A DNA stretch of 64,000 nt from an uncultured bacterium (GTDB taxonomy: Bacteria; Schekmanbacteria; GWA2-38-11; J061). The stretch covers positions 32,001-96,000 of the forward strand of contig CAZJVM010000001.1 in NCBI GenBank assembly GCA_964549305.1, written 5' to 3'. Both the position numbers and the translations under genes were made by a program. Below the pieces are notes generated by a model. The model saw only the letters and a list, made by a program, of their open reading frames with translations. It had not been told where the DNA came from and searched no databases. This document shows positions 33,248 to 42,429 of the stretch, one piece after another (the stretch's first letter is position 1; each line of letters starts with the position of its first letter).

Positions 33248-33430
33248 ATGGCAAAAATAGTTAAAATGGTTTTGATATTACTCGTGTCAGGATTGATGAG
33301 CGCAACATTTACATTTGCAGTTACCACAAATTCAGACAGCAACTCAAACGCGAATGTTAATGGAGGAGGCGGACAGACTCAGCCATTTACGCCTTCTACT
33401 ACAATAAAGAACTGGCACGAAGTCAAATAA
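33248..33430 (+). CDS. Secreted microprotein 2 with C-terminal TIKNWHEV motif
   Basis: SD GGAGG; signal peptide (…TFA|V); last 30 nt 27/30 identical to microprotein 1. Confidence 0.8.
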   Translation: MAKIVKMVLILLVSGLMSATFTFAVTTNSDSNSNANVNGGGGQTQPFTPSTTIKNWHEVK

Positions 33431-33533
33431 TTCAAATATTCCTGCATACATATAAGTAAATTTTACGTTGCGGACTGTCACTATAGTTGATTATCCCAAC
33501 CGTTCACTTATTGTTCAGGCAGAGAGTCTAATA

Positions 33534-34454
33534 TTGAAGAAATTCCTTTTTCTTTTATTTCTTGTCATAGTCACGGCATTTTCAGGGTGTCACCGCATAA
33601 GCGATAATGAGCTTAGTGACGTGGAGTCCGCAATAGAGTCAAAAGATTACAATCGTGCTTTGACAACTCTTTCACAACTCGCGGAAAAATATAAGGGAGA
33701 TGCAATTGTCCATTATCTTTCGGGATACTGCTTTTTAAAAAAAGAAGACAACGAAGCGGCACTCAAAGCATTCAAAAGGACTTTTGATATAAGAAAAAAT
33801 TACTCCGCAATGGTAGGTGATGTTGATGTGGCGAATTTTCTCGCCGGAAACAGTTTGTCGGCGGAAAACCCTTTCTTCAAGGGAGCGATGAGAGAACTCG
33901 ATACGATTATAAGCAAAAACAGCGGGGGCGAAACGGAAGAAAGAATTCGCTATCACAAGGCATCGCTTCTTCTTTTAAAAGACAAATATGATAAAGCAAT
34001 CGATGAACTTGAAAAGATAATTGAAAATAAAGTAGTGTCTCCTTATGATGCAAAAGCATATTTGAAAATTGGAGAAATCACCGCTCAATATTTACAAAAT
34101 GAAGATAAGGGACTTAGTATTATCAGCGCGCTTATTGACAAATATCCCAATGACAGGGAAACTTTGGCAGAGTCAATGATTTGGATTGCAGAATATAAGA
34201 TTAAACGCGCGAATATGCTTAAAAAGAGGATCGAATCCCTCGAAGATTTTATCGAGTCATGGAAAGGGATAAAAGGGTTTCAGGAGGATATCAAAGAGGC
34301 AGTTGTGCAGATAGGGTCCGATAGTAAAAGCAGAAACAAATGTATTGCTGAAGCAAAGGAATATATTGATAAAATCAACAGGGAATATGCGGGAAGCAAT
34401 TTTGCCGAAAGGACAAAAATGCTTTTAAGTGGCCTAAATGCAGTTAACCGGTAA
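33534..34454 (+). CDS. TPR-repeat lipoprotein (ORF track start 33468)
   Basis: TTG-start KKFLFLLFLVIVTAFSG|C lipobox; TPR-like helices (HYLSGYCFL..ALKAFKR, KAYLKIG). Confidence 0.72.
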   Translation: MKKFLFLLFLVIVTAFSGCHRISDNELSDVESAIESKDYNRALTTLSQLAEKYKGDAIVHYLSGYCFLKKEDNEAALKAFKRTFDIRKNYSAMVGDVDVANFLAGNSLSAENPFFKGAMRELDTIISKNSGGETEERIRYHKASLLLLKDKYDKAIDELEKIIENKVVSPYDAKAYLKIGEITAQYLQNEDKGLSIISALIDKYPNDRETLAESMIWIAEYKIKRANMLKKRIESLEDFIESWKGIKGFQEDIKEAVVQIGSDSKSRNKCIAEAKEYIDKINREYAGSNFAERTKMLLSGLNAVNR

Positions 34455-35955
34455 AGGGTTCACTGTGAAAGATGCAAATCTGAAAACAAAAATCACAAAA
34501 TACCTCCTTGTGGCAATGACACTTCTTTTTCTTTTCTTTCTCCTGTTCAACATTCAGTATTCATATGAGGGGATAGTAGGTTACGACGGTTATTACCACA
34601 TTAAAATAGCAAAAAATATGGGAGAGAAAGGAGTTCTATCTCCCGATGCGTCGCTGATGTATCTTCCGGGAGGTGAGCAATTTGTTGACCATCACTACCT
34701 CTATCACATACTGCTTATACCATTCACCTTTTCCAATCTCATTGACGGTGCCAAGAATTCGGCTATATTTTTTGATATGCTTCTGCTGATGGTTTTATCG
34801 TATATTTTGATAAAGCTTGATGTTAAAAATCCATATCTCTGGATTCTTGTACTCTTCTCTTTGTCTGAAACGTTTATCTTCAGGTTGTCTCTTCCGCGCG
34901 CAACTATACCTTCGCTAATAATCCTCATTTTAGCCTGGTATTTTATGATAAAGGAAAAATATATTCCTCTGGCAGGATTATCCTTACTTTTCCCGAGTTT
35001 CTACGGAGGATATACGGCGATTTTTATACCTCTCTCTGCTGTCATATGTTCTGTATATATAAGGAATAAACGATTTAATTACAAAGTGGTTATTGCTGTT
35101 ATATCAGGTGTTACATTAGGTAATATAATTAATCCTTTTTTTCCCGACAACCTGAAATTTATCTATCTTCAGACTACTTCTGCGGGACTTTTCAGAGTGG
35201 CAAGAGGTGGTTCGGAGTGGATGTCATTTGCGCCGGAAGAATTTATAAGGACGCAGTTTGCTTTTATCTTTCTTTTTTTGGTTACGCTTTATATTGCGGC
35301 AATTGACGACAAAAAGATGAATAAGGAGGCATTGTCCCTTTTCTTTATCTCCCTTCCTTTGATTGCAATCAGTTTTTTCTGGCGAAGATTTATAGAATTG
35401 TCGGTGCCCTTTTCATTGCTCTTTTCGGCAACGGTTTTCAGAGATTGCACTTTGGATAATATTACGGGATTTAGTAAGGGGGGTAAAAAAATATCGTCTG
35501 CTCTCGTGATATTCCTCACGGTCTTTTTCAGCGCGGGGAGTTATTATACGGCAAAATCGGCAACCGAGGAGATTAAATCGGATTTTCGTTCTCCCGGAAG
35601 GTACAGTCAGGGAGCAAAATGGATTTACGAAAATGCTCCGGGAATACCTGTGTATCTTACCGATTGGGATGACTATCCGGAACTCTATTTTTATAATTCC
35701 TTTAATAGGTATCTTATAGGTCTTGACCCCGCGTTTCTCTATATTTATGATAAAGAAATGTATAAAATATGGATAGAAATTAATGCCGGAAAATATAAGG
35801 GCGATTTAAAGAAGGCGTTTACTGAAGTATTTAAAACCCCGCTAATATTTACTGACAATACTCACGGTGATTTTGTAAGATATAGTTCCGGATATGATTG
35901 GATTAAATTGCGATACAGCGATTCCTATTGTAAAATATACAGCATTATTCCCTGA
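34438..35955 (+). CDS. Polytopic GT-C-fold glycosyltransferase, STT3-like motifs
   Basis: About 11 TMs, DGYYH after TM1, soluble C-terminal domain with TDWDDYP. Confidence 0.55.
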   Translation: MQLTGKGFTVKDANLKTKITKYLLVAMTLLFLFFLLFNIQYSYEGIVGYDGYYHIKIAKNMGEKGVLSPDASLMYLPGGEQFVDHHYLYHILLIPFTFSNLIDGAKNSAIFFDMLLLMVLSYILIKLDVKNPYLWILVLFSLSETFIFRLSLPRATIPSLIILILAWYFMIKEKYIPLAGLSLLFPSFYGGYTAIFIPLSAVICSVYIRNKRFNYKVVIAVISGVTLGNIINPFFPDNLKFIYLQTTSAGLFRVARGGSEWMSFAPEEFIRTQFAFIFLFLVTLYIAAIDDKKMNKEALSLFFISLPLIAISFFWRRFIELSVPFSLLFSATVFRDCTLDNITGFSKGGKKISSALVIFLTVFFSAGSYYTAKSATEEIKSDFRSPGRYSQGAKWIYENAPGIPVYLTDWDDYPELYFYNSFNRYLIGLDPAFLYIYDKEMYKIWIEINAGKYKGDLKKAFTEVFKTPLIFTDNTHGDFVRYSSGYDWIKLRYSDSYCKIYSIIP

Positions 35956-35979
35956 CTATGCCGTTACGGAGGAAATGAA

Positions 35980-36720
35980 ATGAGAAAGTGTCTTCTTTTA
36001 ATTCTTGTGTTTGTATTTATAAGCACTCTTCCCGCATTTGCCATTTATAAATGGACCGATTCAAATGGTGTCGTGCATTTTACGGATTATCCTCCCAAAA
36101 ACAGCGACAAAGAATACGAAGACGTGGATTTTAACAAAAACCTTTCTGATATGAACGATTCCTTCGGAGACGGACTCATAGGCAAAGGATGGATTCGTTT
36201 TAATATTGACAACTCCGATATTCTCGATGAATCAGGGGATTCGCTAACGATTAACGCTCCCGGGGACAGCGACATATGGTATGACAGGTTTGATGCTCCG
36301 GTTCTTTTCAAAAAAATCAAGAAGGCAGACAAGAATTTTACGGTGGAAGTTAAGCTTCATTTTGAGACAAACGGTTCAGACAAGGGAGGGGTTGTCATCT
36401 GGACTGATAAAAGCGGCAAGGGAGATGTGGTACTTATCTGTAAATCAAAGGATGAGGATATCAATTTCAGAAGAATAATCGGTTCCGATTCGCAGAAGGG
36501 GACCGAACCTACCTACGACAAGGAAAACGTGATATTCAGGTTAAGCAGGGAAGAGGATAGAATCAAAGGGTCATACAGCGAGGACGGAGGCGACTGGACT
36601 GACCTTGGCGAAGTCGACTTCCCGATGGAAGGTCCTCTCAATATAGGTATTTTCGGTTGTTCGTGGAAATCCAATCCAGCGAAGATAATATTCGATTACT
36701 TTTCAGTGAGTGAGCAATAG
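35980..36720 (+). CDS. Secreted protein: DUF4124 plus concanavalin-like (DUF1349-type) domain
   Basis: Signal peptide AFA|IYKWTDSNGVVHFTDYPP; SDIW..FDAP, YSEDGGDWT, IGIFGCS, FDYF. Confidence 0.7.
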   Translation: MRKCLLLILVFVFISTLPAFAIYKWTDSNGVVHFTDYPPKNSDKEYEDVDFNKNLSDMNDSFGDGLIGKGWIRFNIDNSDILDESGDSLTINAPGDSDIWYDRFDAPVLFKKIKKADKNFTVEVKLHFETNGSDKGGVVIWTDKSGKGDVVLICKSKDEDINFRRIIGSDSQKGTEPTYDKENVIFRLSREEDRIKGSYSEDGGDWTDLGEVDFPMEGPLNIGIFGCSWKSNPAKIIFDYFSVSEQ

Positions 36721-36727
36721 AAAAGAA

Positions 36728-38716
36728 TCATTGCTCGTTTTGAACCTTTTTCGCAATTACAGCAAAAAATGGTTTTTGACTCTCATTACTTTCATACATA
36801 CCTTCCGCTATATGATATCCTTTTCCGAGGACAACTGTTGTTTTAATATACTTCTTTTTCTTCGATAAACTTTTTGAAATTATTCTGCCGTCAACGGAAA
36901 GAGTGAAATTCCCCCTGGAAAAAATATAGAGGCGATAAGCGCCTTTTTCAGTTGTACGAATAATCGAATTGAACGTTGCCTGAGAAAAATCACCGATGCT
37001 TGCAATTAGCGGGAATATATTATTTCCAGTTTTCTCTTTTTCCGCGAAGGGGTTAAAAGATATTACAGTATTCTTCCAAATATCTTTTTGCTTACCGAAG
37101 AGGATAAAATCATTTTCCGTTGATTTGTCCAGACTTTTATAAATAGACAGAAGAGGGACACCGTTATGATTATTTGAAAAAACCGGTATCATCTGCTCCG
37201 TATAAAATTCCTCTTCTTCCCCAAGGAGACCTTCTCTGTGGTTTATTATAATGTAATCATAATCGTCTTCATCGTAAATCACATCATTTGAAAGAATACC
37301 GTAATCGTAATAGTAATCAAAAAGTATGGTGTTGAATAAAGCCCTGCCTGCTATTTTTTTACTGCGCAGATTATTGTTGATGAATCCGAGGGTATTTTTG
37401 TTAAAGGCGTCACCCCAATATGTTGTTTCCATCCCGATTTTTTTCGCGCCTTTCAAACCTCCCGCGTAAATATTGAAGTATGAAAGCTCGTAAGGGTGAA
37501 TGCCGTAAAGAGATATGGCGGACGAGAGTATAAGGAGGGAGGAAAGTATATAGGCGCCTGCCGCGGATTTCCCGCGAAAGCAGAGCATTTTTATTTTCAT
37601 AAAACCGAATCCCGAAAGAATTGCGAGAAAGGGAAATGCGGGAAGAAAAAGTCTCTCTCCGTCATATGAAGGAGCGATACCCGATGAAACAACAATTAAG
37701 GGGATAAGCGCGTTGATTAGAATAAATATGGCATATTTCTCATTTGAAATGTTTACTGATTTGGCGAAAACTTCTTTCAGGCGATTGAAAAGATTTATTG
37801 CGATTGCAGTAACTGAAATTACAATGAGCAATATATATGGCGCGGGAATGGTAAAGAATGACAATAAAAAAGGATAGTGCCAGGGAAGAGCGTTTGAATT
37901 GAATTTTTTGCCGAGGTAATATGTCCGTACCACAAAGTCTTCTGTGTGAGTTGACATTCCGGAAATAAATTCTGTGAAGTGCGATGTAAAATCCACCCAA
38001 AGCCAGGGATTTGTAAAGTAAAAAACCGCTATTGCCCCCATTGTCCCGAAGGTTAAAATGGAAAATTTTTTTTTGTCGGGAAAAAGAATAAGCCATAAAA
38101 AAATCGCAACCGGAATCAGTGCCGATTGTGCTTTTGTGCAAAAAGAAAGCCCGAGAGAAAGAGCAAAGAGATATTTATAGATTGGCTTTTCGTCACATTT
38201 CAGAAAGAAAAAAACTGTTAAGGTCCACATAAAAGTTACAGGTATGTCGAGAGCGAAGATATGTCCGTGACCGAACATTCGCGGCATAAACAGAAGTCCC
38301 AGTGACGCTGTGAAAGCTGATATATAATCGGTAAATCGAAGTGTAATGAGAAATACAAGGGCGCAGATTATGGAAAACATTATCTCAGGAGAAATTCTCA
38401 GCGCTTTGATTTCACCGGCAATATTTCCGAAAAAAATGAGTGATAAGGCGTGCATCATCCTTCCGAAAGGCGGATGATAATGAAAATGTCCGCCGAAATA
38501 TTTTTCTATGCTCTCTTTACTTCTGAATGTTGTGAAATCCCCCCTGATGATATCCTTTGCCGTCATAGACATCCATTGGGCAAAGGAATGGGCGGCGGAA
38601 TCGTTTATCCACGCTTCATCGCAGGTTATGCCTATATCGCTTGTCGTTGAATAGAGGAGAAGAAAAGCGAATAAGGCAATAAACACAGCGACAAGTATAT
38701 TTTTATTTCTGTTCAA
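36728..38716 (-). CDS. ArnT/PMT-like GT-C glycosyltransferase with C-terminal PA14-like beta domain
   Basis: GITCDE, HPPFGR, multi-TM core, HPYELSYFN...GMETTYWG; tail FTLSVDG..LGKGYHI. Confidence 0.7.
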   Translation of the reverse strand: MNRNKNILVAVFIALFAFLLLYSTTSDIGITCDEAWINDSAAHSFAQWMSMTAKDIIRGDFTTFRSKESIEKYFGGHFHYHPPFGRMMHALSLIFFGNIAGEIKALRISPEIMFSIICALVFLITLRFTDYISAFTASLGLLFMPRMFGHGHIFALDIPVTFMWTLTVFFFLKCDEKPIYKYLFALSLGLSFCTKAQSALIPVAIFLWLILFPDKKKFSILTFGTMGAIAVFYFTNPWLWVDFTSHFTEFISGMSTHTEDFVVRTYYLGKKFNSNALPWHYPFLLSFFTIPAPYILLIVISVTAIAINLFNRLKEVFAKSVNISNEKYAIFILINALIPLIVVSSGIAPSYDGERLFLPAFPFLAILSGFGFMKIKMLCFRGKSAAGAYILSSLLILSSAISLYGIHPYELSYFNIYAGGLKGAKKIGMETTYWGDAFNKNTLGFINNNLRSKKIAGRALFNTILFDYYYDYGILSNDVIYDEDDYDYIIINHREGLLGEEEEFYTEQMIPVFSNNHNGVPLLSIYKSLDKSTENDFILFGKQKDIWKNTVISFNPFAEKEKTGNNIFPLIASIGDFSQATFNSIIRTTEKGAYRLYIFSRGNFTLSVDGRIISKSLSKKKKYIKTTVVLGKGYHIAEGMYESNESQKPFFAVIAKKVQNEQ

Positions 38717-38832
38717 AACTTTCCTAATGCAAAGAGAGGAAATTGAATATCTGTAATCTCTCTTGTTTTATGGATTGCTCGTAATATGTTATAATATCAC
38801 TTAGGAAAAGGACAATAAAGATTAAGAATGTT

Positions 38833-39531
38833 ATGGATTATAAAAATATCAGACACAGGAATCTGTTAAAACCTTATATCCTTTTTAGCGCTATGTATGC
38901 GGCGCTTTTGCTCTCCTATCTTTTGAGTGACTCATATTTTCATCATATAGGCAATTCAATTACGGCAGACGAGAATCCAATCAATCTCTTTACCGCGATT
39001 AATCTTTTTTGCGCATCAGTGGTATCTTTTACGGTTTTACTTGCCCATATCAAAAGGGGTGGCAGGAGTATTTCTTTTTTTGTGTTGTGGTTTATCATAT
39101 CGTCGGGGCTTTTTTTTGCCGCCTGTGACGAGCAGTTTGAGATACACGAGGCGATAGGAAAACAGCTCGAGATTGCAATAAACGGTACTTCCGCGGAATT
39201 ACTGTTTTACAGAATATTTGACGAAGGCGAGCAACCGGTGATGATTTCATATTTCGCGGGAGGACTCGTAATGGCAGTTTTTTTTATTAAAAAAATGATT
39301 TCTTCCCAAAGGACTGCTGCCTTTTTTATATGTGCCCTCGCTTTGCAGGGACTTGCAGCATTGTGTGACAGTTTCAATGTGGTAACTGCGGTGTCAGGAG
39401 CATATTCGCAACAGATTAATTATACCGGATACATCGAAGAGATAAGCGAATTTACTTCCGCATTGCTCTTCTGTCTTGCTATGATTTCCGAGTTTATGTG
39501 GTTGAGGATAAAACCTTCAAAGAGAAAATAA
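38833..39531 (+). CDS. Hypothetical multi-TM membrane protein (DExxxxHE motif)
   Basis: About 6 TMs, ACDEQFEIHE, IEEISEF. Confidence 0.6.
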   Translation: MDYKNIRHRNLLKPYILFSAMYAALLLSYLLSDSYFHHIGNSITADENPINLFTAINLFCASVVSFTVLLAHIKRGGRSISFFVLWFIISSGLFFAACDEQFEIHEAIGKQLEIAINGTSAELLFYRIFDEGEQPVMISYFAGGLVMAVFFIKKMISSQRTAAFFICALALQGLAALCDSFNVVTAVSGAYSQQINYTGYIEEISEFTSALLFCLAMISEFMWLRIKPSKRK

Positions 39532-39544
39532 AGACACATCCGGG

Positions 39545-41128
39545 ATGTTTCATTTGAAAAAATATTTAATTCTGCTTTTAATGGCAGTGATAATTCTTGT
39601 TTCTCTGGCATTTCCAAACAGGGATTACAGTTACGATTCAATCGAATATGCCATCGAAGCAAATAATCAGGCACCTTCAATCCATCCTCATCATCTTCTC
39701 TTTTATCCCACAATAAAAGCTGTCAGTTTTTTATTCACATCTTTCGGCGGAGATGAACTGTTTGGAATGATGCCGGTACAGTTTATGAATATAATTCTTT
39801 TCCCATTTGCCGTCCTGTTTTTTTATCTAATAATCCTTAATATCTCAAACAACATAGGGCACTCGATTATTACTTCCATGATTTTTGGTTTTTCAGGCGG
39901 TATATGGACACTTTCTCTTGATAATGAGGTACATACACTGCCTCTTTTATTTTTACTGCTTTCCATTTACCTCTTTATTTCGAAGTCATCCGTCATCCTT
40001 GCTGCAATGGTTTTCGCATTATCAATCCTTTATCATCAGTCTTATATTCTTGCATTGCCGTCTATTGCCTATCTTGTATATTCATTCTTGCCGGAGAAAA
40101 GAATATTCAGGGCATTTCTGTTTTCAATAACCTCTGTTTTTTTAACGGCAGGCGCTTATATCACCGCGGCAATTATAGAGGGAAGGACAAGTCCCGGTGA
40201 AATAATAAAATGGATGCTCTTTTACACTGAATCAGGTAAATGGGGTTCACTTTCACTTTCTAATTTCTTTTATTCCGGCGCAGGCATCTTTCAGCTGTTT
40301 TTCGCGCCGAGACTCATGCGCTTGATTATTTTCGGGGAAAAAATACACGGCACAGAATATCTCTATTTATTTCTTGAAGTTATAGGCGCAGTGCTTATAG
40401 CAGTAATCTATTTTATTCTGTTTAAGAGAAGTCTTAAGGATAATTTTCCGAAAAACAAGCTTCTGAATTTTTCTATAATCTTTATCATTCCATTTTCGGC
40501 GTTTGCTTTTTTCTGGGAACCTCAGAATGTTGAATTCTGGATACCTGTTTTTATTCCTTTACTGCTTATGATTCCATTATTCGCTTCATCCGGAGGAAGG
40601 AACTTCGGGAAAGATTCACCGTCAGGAAATGATGCAGGTATAAAAATTATCCCTCTCCTTTGCGCGCTGTTATTCATAATAATGTTCACTCATAATCTCT
40701 TTTCTGCTGTTATCCCAGCATCGAATATTCAGAACAATGAAACATATCTTTTTGCAGAGAAGATTTCTGAGTATATTTCAGATGGCGACCTGCTCATTCA
40801 TAATAAGAAAAGGCCAGTGTCATATCTGAAGTATTTTTTTAAAAAGGAACCAGACTATACTTCATTCGCGGAGTTTCCTCTTTCTAAATGGAAAAACCCG
40901 GATGAAATAAAAGAAAATATTAGAGAGCAAATTGATAACCATATTGAAAATCATAAAAAGGTGGTAATAACATCATCTGAGACAAACCCTCCTGAATATG
41001 ACCCCGCACTTACGCGGGTAATCAATGGGAAAGATAGAAGCGAGTTCTATAAAAAAATTATTACTCAAGAGAAAAAGCAAATTAAGCTTTATTGGAAAGA
41101 TATGAAGTTGTTAATTATTCAGAAATGA
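39545..41128 (+). CDS. GT-C-like polytopic membrane protein
   Basis: YDSIEYA, HPHHLL, NEVH, LYHQ motifs, about 11 TMs plus soluble C-terminus. Confidence 0.55.
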   Translation: MFHLKKYLILLLMAVIILVSLAFPNRDYSYDSIEYAIEANNQAPSIHPHHLLFYPTIKAVSFLFTSFGGDELFGMMPVQFMNIILFPFAVLFFYLIILNISNNIGHSIITSMIFGFSGGIWTLSLDNEVHTLPLLFLLLSIYLFISKSSVILAAMVFALSILYHQSYILALPSIAYLVYSFLPEKRIFRAFLFSITSVFLTAGAYITAAIIEGRTSPGEIIKWMLFYTESGKWGSLSLSNFFYSGAGIFQLFFAPRLMRLIIFGEKIHGTEYLYLFLEVIGAVLIAVIYFILFKRSLKDNFPKNKLLNFSIIFIIPFSAFAFFWEPQNVEFWIPVFIPLLLMIPLFASSGGRNFGKDSPSGNDAGIKIIPLLCALLFIIMFTHNLFSAVIPASNIQNNETYLFAEKISEYISDGDLLIHNKKRPVSYLKYFFKKEPDYTSFAEFPLSKWKNPDEIKENIREQIDNHIENHKKVVITSSETNPPEYDPALTRVINGKDRSEFYKKIITQEKKQIKLYWKDMKLLIIQK

Positions 41129-41130
41129 AA

Positions 41131-42429
41131 TTATGAAAACACTTTTTCGTAACCTTCCTTTAGTATGTAGATATTACCAGCAAGTCTACCGACAAGTAGG
41201 GCAAATGCCGCGCCTGATGCAGAATATTCAGGCACTAAATAAACGGAGAAAATAAAAAGAATTACAACAGTTATCATATTCTGTCTGAACACGACTTTTG
41301 AATCTCCAAGTGAGAAGAGAGCAAAGACAACAGGTTTGCATATAATCTCTACGATAAGACTGATATAGAGAATTATGAAGGGATAAGTTGCCGGCAGGTA
41401 GTCTTCGCCGAAAAAGAGGGATATAATTTTACCGGAGAAGGGAAGAATAAAGAGAGTAGGTGTGAGTATGAGTGAAATAATGGCGATACTTTTTATTGTG
41501 AATTTGCGCAATTCTTTTCTATCGTTCAGAGACGACGCTTTCGGAAGAAGAAGAGTGGAAAGAGTTGTGGATATCAATATTAGCGCTTCCGAAAGCCTGT
41601 CAGCGGCATAATAATATCCGAGACTTACGGCAGATGTAAGTTTTATAAGGATGAAGTGATTGAGCTTTAATCTCATAGCTTCCGTCACATTGGCGAGGTA
41701 AATCCATTTGCCGAAACTGAATAGCTCTTTGCCTGAATTCCATAAATCCTTTGATTGAGAAGAGTACCGCCTGTAGCAGGCAATCATTCCGAAAAATGCG
41801 GAAATCAGTGGAATGAAAAAGAGGTAAACGGCAATTGCCGCGGGAAGAGTAAGAAGGTCGTACGCCTCAAATGCCAGCACGAGGACAAGAGTTAAAATCG
41901 CGGAACCTCCTCTCAGGATGGAGTATATGAAGAACGATTGCTCCATCCTAAGCACTGACACTACAACGTCATAAATCATGATACCGGGAATTGAGCAGAA
42001 CCCGAGAAGAATTGCCGTATCCAAAGATTGATTGTTGAAAAAAAGATTTGCTACAGGTCGTGCAACAAAAATACCGGCCAAAAGGATTATCACGCTCAAT
42101 ATGAGCTTTATCAACAGATTGGCGCGGACAATGGAAATCATTTTTTCAATGTTTGAGGATGTTCTCTGTTTTGCGCCTTCAGTTATCGTTGCCGTGTCGA
42201 AACCGAATTCGAATAACTCATTCACGATTTCGGTAAATGATACTATAAGGGCGAATATACCCAACTCTTTGGCGCCGAGACTTCTTGAAAAAATAATAAA
42301 TGTGGCAAATCCTGCTCCTAGTTTTACCGCGTTTGAAGTGAGAAGAAGGGTGCTTTCCTTCGCTATTCTTTTCCCGCTGAAACTTTCATTTTCTAACATT
42401 TCAATGGTTTTATCCTGTGAGGCGGTCAT
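41131..42429 (-). CDS. Wzx/MOP-family oligosaccharide flippase
   Basis: 12+ TMs, RSLGAKELG, EFG, LGYYYAA, LFFGEDYLPA, LVPEYSASGAAFA. Confidence 0.85.
   Translation of the reverse strand: MTASQDKTIEMLENESFSGKRIAKESTLLLTSNAVKLGAGFATFIIFSRSLGAKELGIFALIVSFTEIVNELFEFGFDTATITEGAKQRTSSNIEKMISIVRANLLIKLILSVIILLAGIFVARPVANLFFNNQSLDTAILLGFCSIPGIMIYDVVVSVLRMEQSFFIYSILRGGSAILTLVLVLAFEAYDLLTLPAAIAVYLFFIPLISAFFGMIACYRRYSSQSKDLWNSGKELFSFGKWIYLANVTEAMRLKLNHFILIKLTSAVSLGYYYAADRLSEALILISTTLSTLLLPKASSLNDRKELRKFTIKSIAIISLILTPTLFILPFSGKIISLFFGEDYLPATYPFIILYISLIVEIICKPVVFALFSLGDSKVVFRQNMITVVILFIFSVYLVPEYSASGAAFALLVGRLAGNIYILKEGYEKVFS

Noticed and set aside
33007-33430. Microproteins as RiPP or pheromone precursors
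   Set aside because: No maturase, peptidase-ABC exporter or receptor adjacent; conservation is at the extreme C-terminus, and the position after pilX is more informative. Not fully excluded
30513-33430. Microproteins as fragments of a decayed pilY1 pseudogene
   Set aside because: Each has its own SD, intact signal peptide and conserved tail; no intervening beta-propeller remnants
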